Position numbers and translations under genes: made by a program. Below are positions 54,441-64,000 of a stretch of 64,000 nt of DNA, piece after piece. Source of the DNA: Octopus vulgaris (lineage: Eukaryota); contig OX597828.1 in assembly GCA_951406725.2 (NCBI GenBank), positions 34,286,001-34,350,000 of the forward strand, written 5' to 3'. The notes beneath the pieces are model-generated. The model saw only the letters and a program-made list of their open reading frames with translations. It did no database searches and was not told where the DNA came from. How positions within the stretch are numbered: position 1 is the first letter of the stretch; each line of letters starts with the position of its first letter.

Positions 54441-54691
54441 GAAAAAATTACAAAAATCGATTCCAGGTGAGAATGCGATCGATAAAACCGTGGGAAATCG
54501 TTTTTCTTTGGAATAGAAAAAAAGTCTATCTTTATTTCTTCTTTTGCTGGTGTCTCAAATTTAGGTTAAATCAGTGTTTCTCTAAGGGGAGGCCTATGGG
54601 ATGGTCAAACAAGTTGTTTTGAGAAAATTTTCTTTAAATGTTTGACAACTCAGCACCGTCGATTGGACGGGGGGCGTTTTGCTCGTATATC

Positions 54692-54792
<101 letters not shown>

Positions 54793-54829
54793 GTGTGTGT
54801 GTGTGTATATGTATATGCATATATGTATG

Positions 54830-55035
54830 CATGTATGTATTTGTGTTTCTGTGTTTGTTCCCCACCATCACTTGACAACCGATGTTGGTGTGGTTACATC
54901 TCGGTGAAAAGAGTCCGATAGAATAAATACTAGGCTTACAAAGAATAAGTCCTGGCGTCGATTAGTTCGACTTAAAGGCGGTGCTCCAGCATGGCCGCAG
55001 TCAAATAACTAAAATAAGTAAAGCAGTAAAAGAGT
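54830..55035 (+). mobile_element. 3' half of SINE family A
   Basis: CTTGACAACCGATG..CCGATAGAATAA..GGCGGTGCTCCAGCATGGCCGCAGTC..AAAAGAGT. It may be the other half of the 53421 copy, split by insertions in its internal microsatellite. Confidence 0.85.
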
Positions 55036-55209
55036 ATATCATAAAAGATGCCTGTATTTGTAGGCGTCTTATAGAAGGCTTTTCGGCCAAACGACTGGAT
55101 TAAGACAAGTCATTTGCGAAAGTAACGTTAATAGGAAGGAAAGAATGTCGTCCTGAGCTTTTGCCATTTTTCTTTTTACATGAGAATGTTATTATTTCTA
55201 TATAAAAAA

Positions 55210-55370
55210 AGACAGCGAGTTAGCAAAATTGTTAAGACGCCGGACAGAATGCTTAAAAGTATTACGTTCGTCTTTACGTTCTGAGCTCAAGTCAAAAATT
55301 GTCTTTCATTTTATCCGGGGCTGGTAAATAAAATGCCGGTTAATTCCTGGAGTCGATGTATCCATGTCTC
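55210..55370 (+). mobile_element. Degenerate SINE family B
   Basis: GCGAGTTAGCAAAATTGTTAAGACGCCGGACAGAATGCTTA..TACGTTCTGAGCTCAA matches the reverse complement of 48600-48670. Confidence 0.6.
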
Positions 55371-55491
55371 TTTATCAGAACTTGCGCGGTAAAAGGGGCC
55401 AATAAAAAACGTTCATATTGTCGGCCACTCTATTCCTTTCATCACTACTTTCTGGACAAGACAAGGGAAAGGATTTTATGGATGAGAAGTG

Positions 55492-55760
55492 AAGGCGCGT
55501 AGTCTCGAGGCTATTGAACTGACGATTGTAAGATTGTGAGTTCGTTCTCCGAGCCGGGCGGTATGTTGTGCTCTTGAGCAAAACCCTTCATTTCCCTTTA
55601 CTCCAGTTTACTCAATTGTAAAATGAGTTCCAGTAAAAACCGGGAAGTTAAACCTGCGACGGACCGGCGTCCCGCCCAGGAAGGAGTGTTGTAATTTCAG
55701 TCACTTATACCCCACGGACACCAGGCCAACTCTGGCCCTTTAACGCCTACGGCTCCTGAC
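55492..55760 (+). mobile_element. Degenerate tRNA-derived SINE family C
   Basis: Box B-like GAGTTCGTTCTCC, CORE-like CTTGAGCAAAACCCTT, and AACCTGCGACGGACCGGCGTCCCGCCCAGG, which resembles a conserved metazoan SINE central domain from memory. Confidence 0.55.
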
Positions 55761-56701
55761 TAACCAATATTAATGAAATACAAGCACAACCTAACCTCTG
55801 GGTGATTTCAAACAGGAGTAATTCATAGAAGCCTAGTATTAGGCTATAATATTGCGTAGTAATTAACTCTAGATTCGCATTGTAGATCACGAAGATTAAT
55901 GTTTCGTTGATTTTCACAGTGCAGTTCCTGAACTCTGTTGAAAATAAAAGTAGATTCTTTAAAACTTAGATCTGGCTGAACAGATCTATGATAAAAGAAC
56001 GTTCTAACCATGAACATGACGTTTATGTTTCAGGCAAAATGTATCTAGGATTACATGATACAATGCGCCCTTCCTTTTTAAAACAGGGTAAATATTATGA
56101 GTGATCTGAGAGATATTTGGGCAAGGTATCTAATAGGTCAAGCGGCAGTAGAGAGAGTTCCTTTATTTTTACCAGTTTTTAGAAAGGAAGTTTGATTAGG
56201 TTTTCCTTCTCTGAGAGATACAACAAAGAATATTACAAAACACAATTTAAGGACATATGGATTCCAAAGCATGAATATTTTCTTAGTTTTGCTAAAAATA
56301 AATGCTTTGTCTGACATATTTTAATGTTTAATTGTCAAAGCAGTGAAGGTATTAAGACGTACGCCACGACCTTTACAGAATTTCGGAGATAAAATGTGAA
56401 AGAAAGGAAGGAAAGATTCAGGAATTATGGATGTTTAATCCTTGTAAGTAGAGATTGAAAGATTTTCAAGCTCCTTTCTGAAAATGTGAAGGCTAACCTT
56501 TTATCTTTGCAAACATCTCCTGAGATCTCAAGAAATTCCTTGGTATGTACACGAGGTGCATGTGTCTCATCATCCGCCCAGGTCGTAGATAATTAAACTG
56601 GAAGGGAGTGACCATGAGAGAGCCTACTAGGAAACAGGGCAACATTCCGACACATTATTCAAGAATAAAATATATGAAACAGTATTATAGAGAGGCAGGT
56701 T

Positions 56702-57043
56702 TGTAGTGATGGCTAGCGAGTTCAGTTGCGTCCCTTTGCATCTCTCTAGAGGTTTCCAGGTGAGGAAACGAGTTGGCTACCCTTGACCACCAGGTGGCAC
56801 GATAGACTACTGCCCGGCTCTAAAGGTATATATAGAAGCACGCTGTGACAAGCTCTCTCTCTTGGCCCCTCCACAACCGCGGCATCTACAGCCCTCAGCT
56901 CTTCACGGTATCAGGAGCTAACCTGAGGACTAATAGCTCCATGCCTCGCTAACACAGAGATGGCTACCTATTCTACCGAGCCATGACGAACCATTCTACC
57001 TTCCAGTAGGTCCCTCAACTCAGTTCGCCATAACATCACTCCA
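56702..57043 (+). mobile_element. Candidate solo LTR (~340 bp)
   Basis: Termini TGTAGTGATG and CATCACTCCA (9/10 inverted). Internal TATA (GGTATATATAG). GC-richer than its flanks. TSD only partial (AGGTT/ACATT). Confidence 0.45.
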
Positions 57044-57184
57044 ACATTATTTCAACCTTTGTACATCATGCAACGAATCTTCACCAAAATAAAAATTGTT
57101 ACATTTATATTTAGTGTGTGTTTATTCTTTATTTACATGCAGCTCACATCTAATCACCACATTACCAACCAAACATGAATACAT

Positions 57185-57548
57185 TTGAAGGATCTTGGCG
57201 ATTTGAACTGATCAACAAAATAGCTTGCTCGTGAAATTAACGTACAAGGGACTGAGCACTCCACAGACACGCGTACCCTTAACATAGTTCTCGGGGAGAT
57301 TCAGCGTGACACAGATTGTCACAAGGCTGCCATTTTGAAATACAGGTACAACAGAAACAGGAAGAAAGAGTAAAAGAAAGGTGTGGTGAGAGAGTACATC
57401 AGGGTTCGCCACCACCCGCCGCCGGAGCCTTACGGTGCTTTAGGTGTTTTGGCTCAATAAATACTCGCAACACCCGGTCTAGGAATTGAAACCGCGATCT
57501 TACGACCGCGAGTCCGCTGTCCTAACCACTGGGCCATTGCGCCTCCAC
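57185..57548 (-). mobile_element. tRNA-derived SINE family D
   Basis: The minus strand starts GGCGCAATGGCCCAGTGGTTAGG (box A) ... GGTTTCAATTCC (box B), followed by a non-tRNA body. Confidence 0.8.
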
Positions 57549-57984
57549 TTAGCGATATCTACAACAGAGTAGACTTCGCTAAGAACCATGTAATGAACCG
57601 GTTAGATGCGTTAAACAGGGCCTCATATTTGGCATACCTAACTACCGAAGGCTTGCGTTTGATTTCTATTATTTTGTTATACGATTATCAGTTTCAGCAA
57701 GCGGTTGTGGCCATGCTGAGCACCGCTTTTTGCGCTAATGCTTGTTATTTTAGACTCACTTCCCGATTGGTCGCAAAAATCGGTCTTGATGATCATTAGC
57801 GTGTGTCGCCCGGGCCGGCCCTTCCGTCTGCCGCTCCCGAACCCCACAATAAATACATATTGCTTACAGAAGACTCCAAAAGTGCCGCCTGGGGTTGACT
57901 ACCCCTACTGCTCCTCCCACCCGTAGCTACGCTAGTGTTGATGATCTCGTTAGTGAATTAAAGAGAGGTCCTCTTCTTTGCGTT

Positions 57985-57986
57985 TC

Positions 57987-58033
<47 letters not shown>

Positions 58034-58147
58034 GATGATGATGCTGATGATACAAATAGTAATAATTTAACATCCCATATGTAATGGAAAAATGGCATAC
58101 ATGTACGTCACATTGTGACAGACATATATGTGTTGTATGTATGTATG

Positions 58148-58188
<41 letters not shown>

Positions 58189-58640
58189 ATGTGTGCGTAT
58201 GTGTGTGTATGTGTGTGCGCGTGATACTGTGATAAGTGTACCTCAGAAAATGTATCTGAAGCGATTTGTTACCAAAGTCATGTTACGGCCTTGTTCCCGG
58301 GCGCAAGCGATGAGGCTGTATTAAAGGATAATTGCGAATAATTCAGATAAATTTTGGAATGGTATGTTTCTCCATATTTGGCCCGGGAAATCGTCTGTGA
58401 ATTCATTGAACGATGGAATAAAAGGTGAGGGCGGAGCTTAGGAAGAATCATATAGGAAATATGTGAAAAACTCCCAAAATTTCCGTATATATCACACCTA
58501 GCATGTATATGTATATGTGTGCGCGCGTGTGTGTGTTTGTGTGTGTATGTATGTGTGTGTGGACATATATATATATATATATATAAATATACATATGTAA
58601 ACATGCATATATATATACATATGTATATTATATATATATA

Positions 58641-58683
<43 letters not shown>

Positions 58684-58784
58684 CATATTTATACATACAC
58701 ACGCATACATATATATTCATTATATATATATACATATATACATTATATATATATACATACATATACATATATATGTATTCATTA

Positions 58785-58852
<68 letters not shown>

Positions 58853-58874
58853 CAGTATATAGTCATGTATGTAC

Positions 58875-58920
<46 letters not shown>

Positions 58921-59471
58921 ACATACACATATACATGTATATGATATGTTTTAAAATATCATCAGCACGTCTACCTTGTATAAACACTAATAATACCAAC
59001 AACAACAACAACAACAACAACAACGACAGCAACAACTTCAACAACAACAACAATCAGCGTAAGAAAACATGGTAATAAATCGCCAACCGCATCTGTAAGT
59101 GTTCGACACGCAGCAAGGCTGTTATACAATCTATTTGGTTAAAATGGAGAAGGATCTGCTTCCGCCTTCCCCTACAGTTTTACCTGAATAAGAAAAAGGT
59201 AAGGGAATATTCACGCTTTTATCTTTTATTAATTAAACGTTGGGAACGGCGTCCGCCTAGAGGCAATTGAACTTACTAGATTGTATTTCACTAATGAGTA
59301 GAGTACTAGCAGGGACACACGCACAAACACACGCACAAACACACACACACAAAAACACACACACACACACACACACACACATGGGGAGAGAGATAAATAC
59401 AAACATAAATATACGCATACGTAGACACATATATTTGTACACACAGGCGTAATCATGTATACTTACGCGTG

Positions 59472-59503
<32 letters not shown>

Positions 59504-59679
59504 TACATACATATATATATATATAAGTATATATATACATATATATACATACATACATATATATATATATACACATATATATACGCACACAGACATTTGT
59601 AAATGCATACGAAATACAGCTGCACACGCACACATATTTATACATATATGTTTATGTATATGTATGTATATATTGTACA

Positions 59680-59720
<41 letters not shown>

Positions 59721-59735
59721 TATATATATATAATA
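57985..59735. repeat. Microsatellite mosaic (TAC)n, (TA)n, (TG/CA)n, (AAC)n with short unique islands
   Basis: Direct reading. Confidence 0.9.
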
Positions 59736-59864
59736 TTAGGGAGTATAACTCCAAACTTACAGGGAACAATTCAATTTAGTATTAAATCAAAATTCACAAT
59801 ATCAATATTGCATAATAGTGCATAATAGTTGTTTTATCTTTAATTTATATTTTATATATAAAAT

Positions 59865-61436
59865 GAGGATTCCCAGCAATCCACCTCAAATCGTGTAAGC
59901 ATGCCCTAGCAAAACCCCTCCAGATTCTCTTCCAGAGCTTTCTTACAAATGGCAAACTGCCAAGCAAGCTGAAGGAGGGGATAATATGCCCAATACATAA
60001 AGGGGGAAGTAGAGCAGATGCCAAAAACTATAGGCCTATCTCTCTGACTTCACACATCAGCAAAATCATGGAACAGATAGTGAGAGGGAAACTAATCGCA
60101 TTCCTTGAAGAAAATAACTTGGTGAGTGATACCCAGCAAGGTTTTCGACCAGGTAGGAGCTGCCTGATCCAGCTCTTACAACATTATGACTGGGTGTTGA
60201 GGCAGTTACTCAACAAATCAAATGTGAACGTAATATACCTTGATTTTGCAAAAGCTTTTGACAAGGTGGATCATGGTATGATATGCTATAAACTGCGTGA
60301 TCTTGGCATAGCTGAAAAACTTGGAGAGTGGTTACACGACTTCCTGAAAGATAGGAGTCAGGCAGTAGTGGCTAATGGAGCCACCTCTATGAACTCACAA
60401 ATAGTGAGCGGTGTTCCACAGGGCACTGTCTTGTGACCACTGCTTTTTATAGTGGCCCTCTCAGATACGCCCTCAAATGCCCGGATAGCCACCCTTGAAA
60501 GCTATGCAGATGATACGAAAATCTCGCAGAAAATACAGAACCCCAGCGATGTTGCAGCAGTTGGACTCAATTTACAGATGGGCTGAGGATAATAATATGC
60601 AGTTTAATGCTGAAAAATTCCAAGCCCTGCGCTACCAGCATCCAAAACTGAATATGAATCTTACAGGGTACACCAGTCCACAGGGAATTTCAATCCCAGA
60701 GCCTAAGTCAGTGAGGGGCCTGGGTATCGACATGAGTGATGATACCTCTGCGCATTACCAGGATTGCGACAAAGTGCAGACGACTGGCTGGATGGATCCT
60801 AAGAACATTCAGAACCAGAGATGAGGAAACTATGATGGTCCACTGGCGGACATTCATCCTCAGCCGCCTGGATTACTGCTCATAGCTATGGTCACCCACC
60901 AGTGTGAAATTAACAGCGGACCTTGAAGCAATCCAGAAAAGATTCACAAAGAAGATCATCTTTTTGCAACAGTTCAGCTACTGGAAAAGGTTGAAACAGT
61001 TAAGACTCTACTCCCCGGAGAGAAGACGTGAGAGGTATGCAGTAATATATATCTGGAAGATGCTGGAAGGAATTGTGCCCAGGTTTGGCATTGAAAGCTA
61101 CACCAATGCTAGCCAAAGGTCCCAGCAATGCCATCACGCTTCAGGACCAGTTACTGCAACAGCCTGGGTTTCAAGGGCTCACAGCTTTTTAATATTCTCC
61201 CAAAGAGTCTGAGGAACTTGCACAATGTAGATGTAGGGGTTTTTAAATCAAAGCTGGATCTCTTTCTGTAGAGAGTCCCAGATGAACCTACCTCACGACA
61301 AGAGGTACAAATGAGGGTAACTATATCAAACTCCATGCTTCACCAAGTGCCACATATTAGAGGATGCTCTTAGTAATAACAGTGTAACAAAGCAGTGTTG
61401 CATCAGCGTGGCCACAGCTCTGAGCTGAAACTAGAG
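59865..61436 (+). mobile_element. 5'-truncated, decayed CR1-clade LINE (RT)
   Basis: PIHKGGSRADAKNYRPISLTSHISKIME, QQGFRPGRSC, IYLDFAKAFDKVDH, SGVPQGTVL*PLLF, YADD, WAEDNNMQFNAEKF, LEAIQKRFTK, RRRERY. Multiple stops and frameshifts. Confidence 0.93.
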
Positions 61437-62562
61437 GGGAAATATATATATATTTTTTATAATTATGAGTATAATTATAATTAGGGTTCGGCAAAAAAAT
61501 TTGCTTCACCACATACCAAACTTTAGAAATAGCAGCCAAAGAACCTAGCTATTTCTTCTACTGTAAGAAACAATTCCCAGACTATATACTCAAAAACAAT
61601 TCACGTAGGCAGAGAGGAAAAACAACGAAATTCACTCGGCATTTGATTAACTGTGGACGCGTTTCGGATAGATATGAAAAATGCAAGAATTACATTTCCA
61701 TTCTAATCATTTTCCTCCTCAGCACAGTGTTTCAGGCTTTTAAATTTGAGAGCACTGAGAAAATTGAACATACCTATCCGATTCAAGTAACATCAGACAA
61801 ACTATATTCAATGACCAGTACCAACAAATTTAAAGCATACGAATGAGGTCTCGTATTCTCCCTCATCCACCCACGTGTGTTGTCGAGAAAAAATTCTACA
61901 GAAAAAAACTGTAGTTTATTATCATGGAGGGAATTATATTATCAATAATAATAAAGGGTAAAATTAATTAATTAATTAATAAGTAATAATTCCACCAAAT
62001 AGTATTCGGCATGTTAAAAGGACCATTTTCGGTAAACTTAAACAATATTTGCTTTGGGGGAGCAATTGCTTTGACGAAGACGCATCTTATTAAAATGCTC
62101 GCAATGCGGAGTAGATAAAACTGCCAACCGATGATGTTTTTTATGCTGCCTTCGCGCTATAGTTCTCTATTTGTAATTGAAATTCTTTCTTTCCTCTCCT
62201 TCAGCGACAAGACGAGACGAGACCCCGGTAATAGTGACGGCAATGGCGCCCAAAGCGAGCTCCGATCGCCATAGCGCTGACTGTGGGCTGGTAGCGGTGG
62301 ACAGTCGTCGCAATATCGCCCATAGGGCTGACTGTGTCGTTCTGATCATCATGGGAGTGACTGTGGCCGGGGAGTGATAGAAATTAATAACTTTTATATG
62401 TATATATGTGTGTGTGACATGTGGTACAAACGAGGGCTGCGGGATCAAACTCAATTATACATCAATTGTACGAACAGCTTTGTAAATGGCACATACAGGA
62501 TTGGTGATGTGAAATACCCAGACTGAGGAAGTCATAAAGACTATGATGATAATCCAGCATGG

Positions 62563-62621
<59 letters not shown>

Positions 62622-62715
62622 GAGGGTTATAAACTGAATATTAATTTAATTAACATCAATTTCAAACCAGTAGCCTGGCATGTAGAAAATTCTGAAAATT
62701 CAGAAAAATTGTTAA

Positions 62716-62891
62716 ACATGCGTATAATAATGGTTGGCCAATAAGTGGACATCCAATATGCTAGAAGAAGATCATCTGCGATCTAACCACAGAGAAAAGA
62801 ATTCTTTTCTTTTCTTTGTGCTTAGATCGTAGATGATCTTCTTCTAGCATATTGGATGTCCTCTTAGTGGTCATCCCTTATTATACGCATG

Positions 62892-62892
<1 letters not shown>
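62716..62892. repeat. ~177-bp imperfect palindrome (hairpin)
   Basis: ACATGCGTATAATAA..GGACATCCAATATGCTAGAAGAAGATCATCT..|..AGATGATCTTCTTCTAGCATATTGGATGTCC..TTATTATACGCATGT. Confidence 0.92.
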
Positions 62893-62923
<31 letters not shown>

Positions 62924-62954
62924 TGTATGTATGTATGTATGTATGTATGTATGA

Positions 62955-62996
<42 letters not shown>

Positions 62997-63003
<7 letters not shown>

Positions 63004-63806
63004 AGTAAAGAGTGAAAAAACTACAGAAGGCTTAAATGTTAAAAAATATATATATTTGCGTCAATATGTCTGAAGAATATTAGACATTTTTATTTTTTTA
63101 TTTTTTTCTCTTATAATGACATAATTTAGAAGAAAGACCGGTTTCGCGTGTAGCTTTTCAAATTTCTTGTGACGTTATGTTTATGTTGAATAGAGTTTTC
63201 GTTATGTTTATGTTCCGGAGAGTTCTAAATAAGGAGAGGTAGTGAGAGATTTCTTCCGGTGTAAGGGAGATAATCGCTTAAAAATTTTTTCCTTTCCCTT
63301 GGTGTGAATTTCTCTGTATCAGTATGTTCGGATGGTTGAGTCTGGGCTTGTACTTTTCAATGAAGAATGTTTCCTTGTTTAGTCTAATTTGTGTTGATGA
63401 TCCGAAAGCACATTGGTAAAATGGAAAGATTTAAAATTGTGGTAGTAGTTGCTTTGCGCATTTCTCAATGTGCTCACTAAAAGGTATCATTCTATATTCT
63501 AGGAATGCAATCTGTTGTCGATGCAGTGTGCATCTACGTCTGAGTGATAGTCCCGTGGAACCCACGTAGTCTTGGTGGCAGCCCGAGCATTTTATGACAT
63601 AAATTATGTTTTCAGAGGCACAAGTAAAGTTAGATTTGATCTTGAATTTCTGTCCCTCTTTAAAGAGGAATTCTGATCCTTCTAGCAGGTTAGGACATGT
63701 TGCACAGTTCGATCTACCACATTTTTTTACTTTTGCATCCGTAATTTCAGAAGACAATTTTGCCTTTGTGAGAATCTTTTTAAGTGATTTAGGCTGTTTG
63801 TAATGC
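62997..63806 (-). mobile_element. Penelope-like element 3' segment: GIY-YIG endonuclease and pseudo-LTR, inverted
   Basis: KCGRSNCATC Cys linker, FTCASENIIYVIKCSGCHQDYVGSTG..LRRRCTLHR..SEH..C. After one stop at 63431 it continues ..RLNKETFFIEKYKPRLN. Confidence 0.92.
63126..63168 (-). ncRNA. Candidate minimal type-I hammerhead ribozyme variant in the Penelope pLTR
   Basis: AAGAAA-U-UUGAAAA-GC(UACAC)GC-GAAA-C-CG-G-UC-UUUCUU. The core has U3/A8 in place of C3/G8, stem III is palindromic (ACCGGU), and there is one extra U. Confidence 0.4.
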
Positions 63807-64000
63807 AAACCTAGCCTTTTCTATGGTCTGCCAAAAATTCATAAAAGTCAAATTATAAATAAAACCATTAAAAAATCACCAAAGACATACATACACACAC
63901 CTAACCCGGGGGACCTAAAACTACGACCCATTGTAGCTGACCCAACCTGTGAAACACACAGACTAAGTCTACTTATGGACATCCTCCTGAAACCCTTCCT
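63807..64000 (+). CDS. Penelope-like reverse transcriptase, N-terminal RT motifs; 5'-truncated and running off the window
   Basis: KPSLFYGLPKIHKS...DLKLRPIVADPTCETHRLSLLMDILLKPF, open to the window end. Confidence 0.88.

Noticed and set aside
57470-57548. Possible tRNA gene
   Set aside because: It has A and B boxes but no closed acceptor stem, and it continues into a SINE body. The same holds for the SINE-A heads.

Overview
Gene-poor, repeat-saturated eukaryotic DNA. The SINE, LINE and microsatellite repertoire looks like a coleoid cephalopod (octopus-like); this is an inference, not a database match. I can support no host protein-coding gene. In order, the window holds: (1) the ORF2 and 3' end of an L1/Tx1-clade LINE (APE-RT-CCHC) whose only lesions are five single-base deletions, so it may be intact; (2) a ~29-kb pure polypyrimidine (TTTC/TTCC)n array with a 100-N gap and hidden kb-scale higher-order duplications, whose 8-9k-aa 'ORFs' are artefacts; (3) a ~240-copy 26-bp minisatellite with opposite-strand arrays facing it (foldback-like). 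The inverted arm is interrupted by a nest (a 122-bp TG..CA element with 5-bp TSD, carrying a TSD-flanked ORF1-only 'half-LINE') and by an RTE fragment; (4) many tRNA-derived SINEs, Tc1/mariner, CR1 and solo-LTR relics, palindromes, and a Penelope element with a fold-back inversion junction and a hammerhead-like motif. The best candidates for something undescribed are the ORF1-only retroelement and the SINE-linked 26-bp foldback satellite. I see no convincing new protein-based system.
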